From the human T2T-CHM13v2.0 reference genome, Homo sapiens: a DNA stretch of 64,000 bases. Within the stretch, counting starts at the first letter, position 1; every line of letters starts with the position of its first letter. Shown here piece by piece: positions 1 through 21,958 of the stretch. Position numbers and translations under genes: made by a program. The notes beneath the pieces are model-generated. The model saw only the letters and a program-made list of their open reading frames with translations. It made no database searches and was not told the origin of the DNA. The stretch is from NCBI RefSeq assembly GCF_009914755.1, contig NC_060925.1; one strand, written 5' to 3'.

Positions 1-261
1 CATGGGAACACACTGTCTCTACAAAAACAAAAATTAACCGGGCGTGGTCGCTTGCACCTATAGTGCCAGCTACTCGGGAGGCTGAGGTGGAGGCTGCAGT
101 GAGCTGTGAACACACCACTGCACTCCAGCCTGGGTGACAGAGTGAGACCCTGTCTCAAAAAAAAAAGCAAGAAGCGCAGTGGCTCACGCCTGTAATCCCA
201 GCACTTTGGGAGGCCGAGGCGGGCGGATCACGAGGTCAGGAGATCGAGACCATCCTGGCTA

Positions 262-540
<279 letters not shown>

Positions 541-934
541 CTAAACTCAGGATATTAAAAGGGAATACTTCAGTGCATGATGATCTCATTTTTGAAAGGA
601 AAGAAGCAGAGCTTCCCCATCTCTAAAACCTTAATTCAAAGGAGAAATAGATAATTTCAAGAGGTATTTTTATGAGGTAATAGTAAAATATATTTTATTA
701 ACAGTACCTATAGTTATGTAAAATAGGTAGTGCCAATTAACTGACACTAAACTAGCTTCTTGGCCTGGCGCAGTGGCTCACGCCTGTAATCCAAACACTT
801 TGGGAGGCCGATGCGGGTGTATCGCTTGGGCTCAGGAATTCAAGGCCAGCCTGGGCAACATATTAAAACCCCCTTTCTATAAAATATACAAAAATTAGCC
901 AGGCATGGTGTGTGCCTGTAGTCCCAGATACTCA

Positions 935-1087
<153 letters not shown>

Positions 1088-1421
1088 TTAGGTCCTAAGT
1101 CCTAAAAGCCCATCCTACTTTAAAATTGTTTATTCAAGTTCAGATGAAAAGAGTGGACTAGTAGGCAACTGAAGTGCTTTAGAGTCTCCCGTGCCTGCCC
1201 TAATTTTAGAAGGTTGTGCACTTTATGATCCAGATTTCTGAGTGGTTGAGAATGAGTTATTGAGCAGTGCAAGGCAAGCTCTGCAGTAGGTAATGGATTG
1301 ATGAGGCTGGATTTAGCAAGTCTGATCAATCTAAAGGAAGTTTCTGAATGTGTTTTTTGTAGTTAAAATACTCATAATTAAAACACTTATCACATTGTCA
1401 CATTTTATTTTTAAATTGCAG

Positions 1422-1492
1422 GTAAACAAGTGAGAACCAAACTTTCACAGGCATTTAATCATTGGCTGAAAGTTCCAGAGGACAAGCTACAG
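1422..1492 (+). CDS. GGPS1: GGPS1 penultimate coding exon (71 nt; G24-Q47: GKQVRTKLSQAFNHWLKVPEDKLQ)
   Basis: Acceptor ttaaattgcag ends at 1421 and donor AG|gtatta starts at 1493. Translation matches the recalled human GGPPS N-terminus. Phase 1 start, phase 0 end, joining the next exon in frame. Confidence 0.96.
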
Positions 1493-1724
1493 GTATTAGG
1501 CAACTCTAACCTCATTAATCCCCAAGAAATTAATAGCTGTCGCATAAAAATATTCCTAGTTCTTGATTGAATTTAGTCCTCATGCAAGATATTATTTTAT
1601 ATTGAGGTTGCTAAATATTTATTAGTTGTGAAAATTAACACACCTGAGACTTTCATAATCTGTTAATTAAACTGAGTAAGTTTTGAATAGTTCAAATAAG
1701 TGAAATTTTCAATTTTTTTATTAG

Positions 1725-2486
1725 ATTATTATTGAAGTGACAGAAATGTTGCATAATGCCAGTTTACTCATCGATGATATTGAAGACAACTCAAAACTCC
1801 GACGTGGCTTTCCAGTGGCCCACAGCATCTATGGAATCCCATCTGTCATCAATTCTGCCAATTACGTGTATTTCCTTGGCTTGGAGAAAGTCTTAACCCT
1901 TGATCACCCAGATGCAGTGAAGCTTTTTACCCGCCAGCTTTTGGAACTCCATCAGGGACAAGGCCTAGATATTTACTGGAGGGATAATTACACTTGTCCC
2001 ACTGAAGAAGAATATAAAGCTATGGTGCTGCAGAAAACAGGTGGACTGTTTGGATTAGCAGTAGGTCTCATGCAGTTGTTCTCTGATTACAAAGAAGATT
2101 TAAAACCGCTACTTAATACACTTGGGCTCTTTTTCCAAATTAGGGATGATTATGCTAATCTACACTCCAAAGAATATAGTGAAAACAAAAGTTTTTGTGA
2201 AGATCTGACAGAGGGAAAGTTCTCATTTCCTACTATTCATGCTATTTGGTCAAGGCCTGAAAGCACCCAGGTGCAGAATATCTTGCGCCAGAGAACAGAA
2301 AACATAGATATAAAAAAATACTGTGTACATTATCTTGAGGATGTAGGTTCTTTTGAATACACTCGTAATACCCTTAAAGAGCTTGAAGCTAAAGCCTATA
2401 AACAGATTGATGCACGTGGTGGGAACCCTGAGCTAGTAGCCTTAGTAAAACACTTAAGTAAGATGTTCAAAGAAGAAAATGAATAA
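1725..2486 (+). CDS. GGPS1: GGPS1 terminal coding exon (I48-E300), geranylgeranyl diphosphate synthase
   Basis: Acceptor ttttttattag ends at 1724. ORF contains the trans-prenyltransferase motifs FARM DDIED (codon at 1773), GQGLD, KTGGLF and SARM DDYAN (codon at 2145). Stop TAA at 2484-2486. Confidence 0.98.
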   Translation: MIIEVTEMLHNASLLIDDIEDNSKLRRGFPVAHSIYGIPSVINSANYVYFLGLEKVLTLDHPDAVKLFTRQLLELHQGQGLDIYWRDNYTCPTEEEYKAMVLQKTGGLFGLAVGLMQLFSDYKEDLKPLLNTLGLFFQIRDDYANLHSKEYSENKSFCEDLTEGKFSFPTIHAIWSRPESTQVQNILRQRTENIDIKKYCVHYLEDVGSFEYTRNTLKELEAKAYKQIDARGGNPELVALVKHLSKMFKEENE

Positions 2487-2786
2487 TGTTAAGCCATTCT
2501 TGATTGGACCTCATAGCTTATTTTAGTTAATCTTTTTTTTGTCTTTTAGCCTTACCACCTTTTAAAAAATTTGTTATTCTCCAGAAACAGTAAATAGGTG
2601 AGTAGGGGTGGTGCAAGTGAATTCGTTTTCATTTAGAAGCCCCTCTGTACAGATAATCAAAATTCAAAGTTGAAAGAATCAAAAGCAGCCACAGTTATGT
2701 AGGTCTGATTTGAATGTCATAATTGCAGTGACAGGACATTGCCACCAACTCTATCCTACTACCATCAATGTTGTGTTTATTCCGTC

Positions 2787-2792
2787 AATAAA
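2787..2792 (+). terminator. Proximal polyadenylation signal AATAAA
   Basis: Canonical hexamer ~300 nt after the stop, with U-rich flanks. Confidence 0.7.
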
Positions 2793-2987
2793 AAAGACTT
2801 GCTTCCAGGAATTTTTATCCATACACTTTCTAACTGTACTATCTGGGCAGTTCCAAGCCAGTTTCTATTAGCTAGCTGGACCAAAGACCACAAATCTCTT
2901 TTTTTCCTAAACGCTGCTGTAAGGAATATCTCACTTTTCCCCCCGGAAACACCCTCACTGAAGTCTTCTATGAAAAGGCTGATAATG

Positions 2988-3389
<402 letters not shown>

Positions 3390-4217
3390 TCACATGCTAG
3401 TCTAAATCTTTTTTTCTCCCTTGTAACATTTATGTGCCCCAAACTGGTTAGTATATGGGTACAGCATTCCCTTTCCAATTGGGAAGCGGAAAAAGAGAGT
3501 ATGGGATATTTTAGAAGGGAGCCTTTGAACCTTATTATATTTCCCCATCATTGATAGTGACAATCTTAAAAGGGTTGTTTTCTTACCTTAAGTACAAAAG
3601 CATGGAAAAATGCGCTTTTCCTTCCCGCCCACATCACCACCCCGACTTGAAGACAGTAGGTGCTTGAATGGAAAGTGAGTAGGCATCTTTAATCGCCCTG
3701 ATTAAAGGAAAGTGTTAGCCTGAGAGGGCCTGACTGAAAAGTAACCAAAGGCTTAATATCAAACACTAATTAGCTTTTTAGTGCCTTAACCCTGACCTGG
3801 TTACCAGTTTTCTGTAGTTTCTACACCCAAGCCACTGAAGTCATCTGTGGCCCAAGAGGTAGGACAAAAAAAAAAAAAAAAAAAGCTGATTTCAATATTT
3901 GATTTGTTGACATCCCAAAATGAAAGTTTTATGTTTCCCTTAGAAACATGTTTTGCTTGGTTCTATAGTATGTTACTTAGGATCTATTTACCATATATTT
4001 GTATGAGAAATCCTCACCCAAGCATTCAACCTAAATCTTTGAAAAGTTGGGTGCTGTCTTTAGTAACTTTTAAAATAGTTTAAATCTCCCATTTTAATAG
4101 TGATAAGGAAACCTGTTAAAATCATGGCTATTGATGTTATAGTATGGAAAGTTGAACTTTATGAACCCATACTTTTAAAAAGCATTTTTAAAAATCTAAC
4201 ACTGACTATAGAAACAA

Positions 4218-4223
4218 ATTAAA
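4218..4223 (+). terminator. Candidate distal polyadenylation signal ATTAAA
   Basis: Variant hexamer followed by TATAAA (4239) and a GU/U-rich stretch (4259-4330). Confidence 0.5.
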
Positions 4224-4341
4224 ATGTCTACCTTTAAGTATAAAAATTGCTTAAGTAGATTTGTTCCTTGCCTATCAAATTAATTTTGGCCTGGTGTTCT
4301 TCATTATTCATTTGTTAATTTTATCTTGCCTTTGTCAATAA

Positions 4342-4678
<337 letters not shown>

Positions 4679-5133
4679 AAATTGGGGACTTTTAACAGTC
4701 ATTTTACCTGTAGAATAATCAAAACTCTTCACTTGATCTGTAGTCATAGCTATTAACACAGAAAAATGAATGCCAGTTATGTTGCCATAAACCACCTTCT
4801 GAACTTGGCAAGATCTTAAAACCATCAACTGTTCTCTGTTCACTCTGTGAACTTCTTTCTACTTTACTTCCTTCTCTACCTCACCTGTACTCTATAGTCA
4901 CTCACTTCAATGACACTTAAAGAGCATTCACTCTCAGATCACTTTTCTCCTTTCCTTGCCCATTCTTATCTTGCCAACTCCCAGTCCTGGATAAATCCAA
5001 ACATCCACGTTCTTTGTGCATCCGTGTTGCTCAGTGCTGCTGGGGAACATTTTCACAACTGCTGTTGGAACCATTGTGAGTTTACACATTCCAGCCTCTG
5101 CAACGCCTTTATTTTCCATCTAATCTTTCCTAG

Positions 5134-5358
<225 letters not shown>

Positions 5359-5835
5359 TAGTCTCAAACTCCTGACCTCAGGTAATCCTCCCGCCTCTGC
5401 CTCCCAAAATGCTGGGATTACAGGCGTGAGCCACCACGCCCGGTGTCAGAGATGTCTTATTAAAGATCCCCTTCTTCTCTTCTTCCTCTCTTCTCCCACT
5501 AAATAGAAACTCTCCTAACTTTCCTTCCCTCTACTTTAGGTCTGTCTTTACATAGTCTGCTATTTTCAAGAAGAGTTTGACCTGCCCTAGGTTCTCATGT
5601 GCTTGAATTTCCCCCTGTCTATTGAGGGCCTTGTCCCATTCCATCTTCCCTTCTAGATATCTCTCATCTAGATAATCTCAAGATCTATCCATTGATTCTT
5701 TTTTAATCAGTGTACTGAGAGGAAGAAAGAGGGCAAGGAAATACATACTTATGAAGTATCTTACCGGGTACTAGATACTTTACATGTTTTCCTCAAGCAT
5801 TTACTGAGGAATGCCAGGGCCTTGAATACAGATCA

Positions 5836-6130
<295 letters not shown>

Positions 6131-6646
6131 TCAAAAAAAAAGAAAAAAGTACCTGACTCCTTCTGTACGTGCTGCCTTTAATTCTCTATGCACACTTGAA
6201 TGTGTTTAAAAATTTGAAAAGCACTGGTTAGGCCGGGCGCGGTGGCTCACACCTGTAATCCCAGCACTTTGGGAGGTCGAGGCAGGTGGATCACGAGGTC
6301 AGCAGATCGAGACATCCTGGCTAACACGGTGAAACCCCATCTCTACTAAAACTACAAAAAATTAGCTGGGTGTGGTGGCGGGTGCCTGTAGTCCCAGCTA
6401 CTCGGGAGGCTAAGGCAGAAGAATGGCATGAACCCGGGAGTCGACATCTCGTTACTGCACTCCAGTCTGGGTGACAGAGGGAGACTCCCATCTCCAAAAA
6501 AAAAAAAAGAAAAGCACTGATTTATTCTAATAATAGCTTCCTTTCTATAATCTCTCCCTACTATTCCATCTGTATCACAATTATGTCGTAGTGGCTGATA
6601 TTCACTATTTGAAATACAGTCCCAGCACTTTGGGAGGCCGAGGTCA

Positions 6647-6885
<239 letters not shown>

Positions 6886-7648
6886 TCATGATAATGGAAC
6901 CTACAATAATGTGAATTTAAATATAATGCAGTTGGCATTTGGCTCCCCATACCCACATTTGGTTAACTGAAGACTCACTGTAGTCATTTCATTAATCTTA
7001 TAATATTTATCTTACTGAATATTTGGACCTTACAGTATTACTAGACTTTGTACTGGTTGGTAAAGAATAAGTGTAATAAGCAATAATATTAGTAATATAA
7101 ATTTCAGTGTATATAGTTCAAGTTAATTGTTAGAATGCTTAATGACCATTGATTAATGAGAGAGATCTGGGTAACATCTGCCTTGTCATACATATTCTTT
7201 ACAAAGTATGCTTTAGGAGAATGACCATTTATTATTGAATTATATTTATCACTGTACATAAAGAAAGAAATATACACTCAGAGATCTCAGAGTTGCTATA
7301 ATAAGTAATGGAAGATATTTGGACCTCAGTGGGTGAGGTAGTACTAACGGTAAGCTGTAAAAGTAGTTTGTAAATCTCACCAAAACTTGTAAGTCACTTA
7401 AGAAAAACTAAAATGAGAATAGTTAAACATTTGTAGACTAAGAACATTTTCAAGAGATTTAGTATTTTTGTTTTATTTTTGAGATGGAGTCTTGCTCTGT
7501 CGCCCAGGCTGGAGTGCAGTGGTGTGATCTCGGCTCACTGCAACCTCCACCTCCTGGGTGCAAGCTATTCTCCTACCTCAACCTCCTGAGTAACTGGAAT
7601 TACAGGTGCTCACCGCCATGCCCAGCTAATTTTTTGTATTTTTAGTAG

Positions 7649-7807
<159 letters not shown>

Positions 7808-7931
7808 TGAGAAAGAAATGGTTTATGTATTAAAGCTGACAGATTTAGTCAGTTAGCCATACTAAGTTAAAGAAATTGAAAATGAAGCAGATTATTGAAC
7901 AAAAATTGTCATTTGAAACAAAACAAAGTAG

Positions 7932-8276
<345 letters not shown>

Positions 8277-8826
8277 TGAAAATGCATTTATGGTTTGATA
8301 ACAAAAGTGAAAGTATAATAATTTTTTAAGTTTAACCCTGAAACTTAGTTATTGTTTATTGAACCCTGAAACTTAGTTAAGGTTTGAAAAACTCCGTGAA
8401 TTGAAATTGAACCAGCCGGGCATGGTGGCTCATGCCTGTAATCCCAGCACTTTGGGAGGCCGAGGCGGGCGGATCTGGAGGTCAGGAGTTCGAGACCAGC
8501 CTAACCAACATGGTGAAACCCCATCTCTACTAAAAATACAAAAATTAGCCGGGCATAGTGGTGCGTGCCTGTAGTCCCAGCTACTCAGGAGGCTGAGGCA
8601 GAAGAATCGCGTGAACCCAGGAGGCAGAGGTGGCACTGAGCCAAGATTGCACCACTGCACTCTAGCTGGGCAAGAGAGCAAGACTCCGTCTCAAAAAAAA
8701 AAGAGTGACTCAAAATAAAATGTAGCATATAAGCCGGGCACAGTGGCTCATGCCTGTAATCCCAGGACTTTGGGAGGCCGAGGCAGGTGGATCAGTTGAG
8801 GTGGGGAGTTCAAGACCAGCCTGGCT

Positions 8827-9660
<834 letters not shown>

Positions 9661-9757
9661 TTAGGCCGGGTGCGGTGGCTCACGCTTGTAACCCCAGCAC
9701 TTTGGGAGGCCGAGGCGGGCGGATCATGAGGTCAGGAGATCGGGACCATCCTGTCTA

Positions 9758-10027
<270 letters not shown>

Positions 10028-10812
10028 TGTAGCATTGTATAAATGAGTTAGCACTAAAGATAAAATATATACAATTTAAGACAGTATTATAACGATTAAG
10101 AAAAAATCTGAGTATAAATTCTGATAGTTCAGAGGAAGGCAAGAGAGGATCCAGCACCGTGAGAATGTCATTAATATTGGGAGAAATTCTCAATTTATTG
10201 AGACTGAAAGTCACCTATGAGTATCAATTTAATGAGGAAGTTGGAAGAATTTGATGCAGTTTCCTGTGTCACATCATGGCTCCAATAGGAATATATTATT
10301 TAGCTAGTGACTGCTGCAACAAACCAAAGATCACACCAGTAATTCCCAGCTGGCTTGGAATGTCATAGCATATATGGACAATTAATGTTTCCTGACTTAC
10401 TGGATCTGTTCTTTCAGCCCATCTTGCACACAACTGCCAGATTAATATTACTGCTTTTTATGTTGAATACCTCTGTTCAAAAATCCTTTGTAGGACAAAC
10501 ACCTTAGCTTCACTGTCAAAGCTCTCTATAATCTGCTTCCCGTCTTATCTCCCATCATTCCTTAATAGGGTTTACTTCACCTAACCCTATCTATTCATTC
10601 TTAACTAAAGATATCCAGCCAGGTGCAGTGGCTCAAGCCTGTAATCCCAGCATTTTGGGAGGCCGAGGCAGAAAGATCGCTGGAGGCCAGGAATTCAAGA
10701 CCAACCTAGGCAAAATGAAGAAACCTCATCTCCACAAAAAATAGACATAAAAAAATTAGCCAGTTGCTCCTGCATGTGTCTGTCAGGTGAATCCCTTGAA
10801 GTCAGGAGTTCA

Positions 10813-11049
<237 letters not shown>

Positions 11050-12115
11050 TCACATTCATGCCTGTATTCATAATATGTCTGACATGTTTCCCTAGCCACT
11101 CATTAAATTTGCTGTATCTCTAACTTAAAGTTGTAATTTCTTGCTGAAGACCTCTCCAAATCAAAATGTCTATAATAAATAACAATGTAACTAAAAGAAA
11201 CAAACCAATCCCCTTCACCCAGATAGAAAACGAGTAAGAGAATGGCCTTAGCTAAGTATTTCGTAGAGACCTTACAAAGCAAAACTTAAATATGGCCTTT
11301 GGTTAACTAATGGCCTTTCAAAGGCTATGACTGACTTAATACAAGGTCTTTTTGTTATGCCTTACAGACCAATTGCACTCTGCTGGTGAGACGCTGACTT
11401 CATAGTAAGGCAGCTGGAAAACATCTCTTTAACATGGATTCATGGCAGGATTTTTCCAATTCAAATAATGTACCATGTCCTTTAAAAGAAAAACAATACT
11501 CTTGGACCTCTACTGTTGACCTAGTTTTTTTTGTTTTACTAAATATATACTTAATATATAAAAGGTATACTTAATGCATAAAAAGGCATGAACTCTGTAG
11601 GTGCTATTAATACCCTTGTTTATTGGCTATTCTCCCATCCTAATTCTTCCTAATCACAGTTTAATTTCCTTTTGGTGAATTACCTCTCCCCAGTTGGGCA
11701 CAGCCAAAGTAACCCATACAGAAGCCAAGGGGTATCAGGACATTGTTATATCTTTCCTCTCAGTGACCTGTACAGTCAAAGGTTGGATACATGACCTAAT
11801 CTTGGCCAGTTGGACTGTCTCCAAGGAGATTCTTGAGTGGAGAAAACGCTTCACTTATCTGGCAGCATATGTTGGCCAAATGGTACCTGTTGCTGTGGTT
11901 CTTTGTCTCAGTTCTTTGTCTTGAACCTGAACCCGGTTCTCCTGCCCTCCTATTGTACTCTGAACTATCTAAAATCCTACTAATAAGTTAGTCAGGCTGG
12001 GCGCAGAGGCTCAAGCCTATAATCCCAGCACTTTGGGAGGCTGAGGCAGGCAGATCACCTGAGGTCGGGAGTTCAAGACCAGTCTGACCAACATGGAGAA
12101 ACCCTGTCTCTACTA

Positions 12116-12274
<159 letters not shown>

Positions 12275-12389
12275 TCAAATAAATAAATAAATAAATAAAT
12301 AATAAGTTAGCCAGATCTCCCAGCTACATGAAGACAAAAAGAAAGCAAAAGATTCTATAAGAGATTATATAGTAAGTTACTATTTGTGA

Positions 12390-12827
<438 letters not shown>

Positions 12828-12910
12828 TCAGGAGTTCGAGACCAGCCTGACCAATATGGTGAAACCATGTCTCTACTAAAAATACAAAAATTAGCCAGGC
12901 GTGATGGCTA

Positions 12911-13099
<189 letters not shown>

Positions 13100-13464
13100 C
13101 TAGGAGGTGGGAGGAGCAAGAGAGACTTCTCACTGTATACCTATTTATTACTTTTCATTTTTTGGAAGCATGTGAACATGTCATCTATTCAAATATTGAA
13201 ATTTAAAAAATAAAGGCACCAGTAAATGAGAAAACCAACAATAAATGCTAAGCAGATAATTTCAAGAGTGGCTACTTACATTGGGTATCCGGGGAAGACC
13301 TCTGAGGGAGTAGCATTTAAGCTGAGCTCTGAATGATAAGAAATTAGCTATACCACAATCCTAGTAAAGAACATTTGAAACCAAAGGAATAGCCAACAAA
13401 GGTCATAAGGTGGGAAAGAATGGTGCCAATATGTACAAAGCAATATAGGTATTAGATTGTGTAG

Positions 13465-13756
<292 letters not shown>

Positions 13757-14025
13757 TGATCCACCTCCCTCGGCCTCCCGAAGCGCTGGGATTACAGGCA
13801 TGAGCCACTGCGCCCAGCCAGACTTTAGGTTTTAAAACTAACTGCAACTTGAAGCCGATGGATGGTTTTAAGAAAATGAGTAAGGCCAGGTGCCGTGGCT
13901 CACGCCTGTAATCCCAGCACTTTGGGAGGCCAAGGTGGGTGGACCACCTGAGGTCATGAGTTTGACACCTGAGGTCATGAGTTCGAGACCAGCATGACCA
14001 ACATAGTGAAACCTCATCCCTACTA

Positions 14026-14288
<263 letters not shown>

Positions 14289-14314
14289 TCAGGAGTTCGA
14301 GACCAGCCTGGCTA

Positions 14315-14582
<268 letters not shown>

Positions 14583-15082
14583 TTACCTTTATAAAAGATC
14601 ATCCTGGCATCTGAGTGGATGATGGACTACAGAGAGTCAGAAGAGGAGGTAAGGAAACCAATTAGGAGGGTGTTTGAGTGTCCAGTGAGAGATGGTGGTA
14701 GCAGAGAACATGGTATGAAGTAGTTGAATTGGGGATTATTTAGAAAGTGGAGTTTATATGAATTACTGGTGGATAGGATGTAGAGTTAATGGAAAGAGGA
14801 GTCAAGGATGGTCTTTAGATTTTTTATAAGAAACTGAGTAGATGGTGATAAATCATAAATCAGACTTAGGAAGACAGGGAAAGGGTAGGTATTAGGGGGA
14901 AATTAGAGCTGCCTATCAAGCATCCAGGAGGAAATGTCACTGCATGCACAGGCTAGATTCAGGGGAGATTCAAGCAAGGCTGAAGTTAGATTTGTGGATC
15001 ATTGGTGATCACTTAAGCCCAGGATTGGATAGGTTACCTAGAGATATTGTGTAAGAAAGAAAAGAAGGGGCCTCAGCACTGA

Positions 15083-15289
<207 letters not shown>

Positions 15290-15700
15290 TAGTAGAGACA
15301 GGGTTTCTCCATGTTATCAGGCTGGTCTCGAACTCCTGACCTCAGGTGATCCACCGGCCTCAGCCTCCGAAAGTGCTGGGAATACAGGCGTGAGACCCTG
15401 CGCCCAGGTTTTCTTTTTTTTTTTGAAACAGCTTTGCCAAGGCAAGATGGCTCCCATGCTGGTAATTCCAGCACTTTGGGATGCCAAAGAGGGAAGGATA
15501 GCTTGAGCCCAGGAGTTCAAGACCAGACCGGGCAACATAGTGAGACCTTGTCTCTAAATAAATAAATAAAAGCCAGGCATAATGATGCACACCTGTGGTC
15601 CCAGCTACTTGAAGGCCAAAGCGGGAAGATTGCTTGAGGTCAGGAGATGGAGACCACCCTGGGCAATATAGTGAGACCTTGTCTCTACAAAAAAAATTTA

Positions 15701-16027
<327 letters not shown>

Positions 16028-16239
16028 TCAAGACTAGCCTGGCCAACATGGTGACATGGTAAAACCCTGTCTCTACTAAAAATACAAAAGTTAGCCAGGG
16101 GCTGGGCACAGTAGCTCATGCCTGTAATTCTAGCACTTTGAGAGGCTGAGGTGGGTGAACCACTTGAGGTCAGGAGTTTGAGACCAGCCTGGCCAACATG
16201 GTGAAACCCCACCTCTACTAAAAATACAAAAATTAGTCA

Positions 16240-16359
<120 letters not shown>

Positions 16360-16362
16360 CTA

Positions 16363-16629
<267 letters not shown>

Positions 16630-16961
16630 CTACAAGCTGATGTAACTATGAGAATTAAAGAGGACCCAAAACTGACTGAGATCAAATTTTCTGCTAGTCT
16701 TGCAAGATGGAGGTAGAGGAAGAATATACATTCTCTTCAGGATGCTGGACTGAGCGTGTGTTATTTTTTTCTCCCTTTTCAGAGAACACTAAAAGGAAAG
16801 TAAAAGAATAAAAAGGTTAATACAGCAAAATATAATTGAGAATGGGAAGGGCTAATTATGATCCATGTTAGTGAGTAAGAAATTTCAGGAAATTTCTTGG
16901 CCAGGCATGGTGGCTTATGCTTGTAAAACCAGCACTTTGAGAGGCTTAGGCAGGCAGATCA

Positions 16962-17237
<276 letters not shown>

Positions 17238-17254
17238 TCAAAATGGAAGAGAGA

Positions 17255-17660
17255 GGCAGAATTGAGTTCTCTGCTTCAGAGTCACAGGCTGCAATCCAGG
17301 TGTCAGCCAGGTCTGGGTTCTCCTCAGAGGCTCTAGCAGGGAAGGATCCAATTTCAGGCTCCCTCGGCTTGGTAGAATTCATTTGCTTTCAGCTGTAGGA
17401 TTCACAGTAGATTGCTTCCTCGAAGCCAGGAAGAAAGACAGAGACCCACACAGAGAGACAGGCAGGCTCTAGTGTCAGGCAGCTAACAAGACAGTCTTAT
17501 AAAAATGTAATCATAGGAATGACATCCCATTATTTTTATCATTGTCTATTGGTTAAAAGCAAGTCACAGACCCTGCCCACACTCAAGGAAAGGGGATTAG
17601 GGAATTATACGGGGCTGAATACCCGGAGGCAGGGGTCACAGGGCCACCTTAAAGTCTGTC
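17255..17660. mobile_element. Old MaLR (MLT1-type) LTR remnant
   Basis: Resembles recalled MLT1 motifs (aggctgcaatccaggtgtcagccagg; aagcaagtcacagaccctgcccacactcaagg). Subfamily not resolved. Confidence 0.5.
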
Positions 17661-17997
17661 TCAAGTGGGTATTGTTTTGTTTTGTTTCATTTTGGCATTG
17701 GTAAGGAAGAGGGTATCAAAAGGTAGGGGCAGCTGCCTGTACATTGGATGAAAATATGCTGAAATTGATGGGGGCGAGTCCAGTCTAACCCCACCCCAAC
17801 TCTGACTTCAGTCATGCCAAAGAAAGAGATATGGAGATTGGAGCTATTTCCTCACCATTTTATAACTTAACTGCCTGCAGAGTACTCTGTAGATCTAATG
17901 TACAGTACAAAAAGATGAAACAATAGAATGCGGAAGGCTGGGTGAGATGGCTCACGCCTGCAATCCCAGCCCTTTGGGAGGACCAGGCTAGCGATCA

Positions 17998-18522
<525 letters not shown>

Positions 18523-18674
18523 TCAGAAGAGGTTTCGGTTGTATTGGATTGGACTCTTGTATTTATGATCAAGGAAGTTACAGCAAATGGGTAAGAGTTC
18601 AGAAAATTTTGGGGGGAGCTGAGATAAGGTGGAGGAAGCCACAGCTTCCAGACGTTAGATGCAAAAATGAAGGG

Positions 18675-19846
<1,172 letters not shown>

Positions 19847-20415
19847 TAATTATTTTGAGATTCATACATGTTGTTGCATAGATCCTCCATTCACTCCCTT
19901 TTATTGTGGAGGAGAATTCCATTTATGAATATATCACAATTTATTCATTCATCTTTTGAGAGCCATTTGAATTGTTTCCTGTTTGGGGTTTATCAAAAGT
20001 AAAATTACTGGCCGGGTACGGTGGCTCATGCCTGTAATCCTAACACTTTGGGAGGCCGAAGCGGGAGGATCGCTTGAGCCCAGAAGTTCAAGACCAGCCT
20101 TGACCCCTCCTGGGGTCCCTCACCCTCACTCACAGCTCTACTCTGGTGAGGTGGCTGGTGGGGGAGTTGTATCTGGACCCCCAGTGGGTCCCAAGGGGTT
20201 AGGGGCTGCCTCATCCACTGGGGCCCCTGGTAGGAATAAGCAGCACCCCGCATGCACTACCCCCATTTCAGTATCAAGCTCGGGTTGGTGGTGCTCCCCC
20301 TACAAAGATGTCTAACACTCCAATGGGTGATGGGAACCTATCCTCTGCTTCACCACCAACCACCTTCCCCCATGTGGCACCAAACCTGCCTCCCCCATCT
20401 GCCCAAGCCCCCTCA

Positions 20416-20934
<519 letters not shown>

Positions 20935-21331
20935 TTACTCATGCTCTAGTAGCAGCTCTGCGGCAGCCTCCTCTTCCAGTTCTTCCTCCTCCTCCTCTGC
21001 CTCCCAGTACCCTGCTTCCCAGGCATTGCCCAGGTATCCCCACTCCTTCCCTCTTGCAACAAGCCTCTCTGTCCCCAATCAGGCCCCCAAGTATACTCAA
21101 TCTTCTCTTCCAGCCCAGGCTGTGTAGAGCCAGGGTCCCCCACAACCTCCTGTGGCGGCCTCTTAGGCTTCCTCCTTCTCCTGGAGGCCAATCCACTGCC
21201 CACATCACCCCCAACACATCACCATCACCACCAGCAGCAACACTGTGGAAGCTCCAGGCCCCCTCCACCTGGAGCATTTCCCCACCACCTGGAGAGCTGT
21301 AGCCACATAGCCCCATACCATGCACACTCTT

Positions 21332-21958
<627 letters not shown>

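Noticed and set aside
1737-1739. GTG start of the 249-aa ORF as the GGPS1 start codon
   Set aside because: It is an internal Val codon; the exon begins at the 1725 acceptor and the real start is upstream of the window.
3866-3884. A19 tract as a transcript end or retrocopy tail
   Set aside because: No adjacent poly(A) signal, element body or TSD; more likely an oligo-dT internal priming site.
13945-13990. 21-bp tandem duplication in an Alu (also small duplications near 18758 and 60621)
   Set aside because: Ordinary slippage within repeats; no spacer structure or sign of function.
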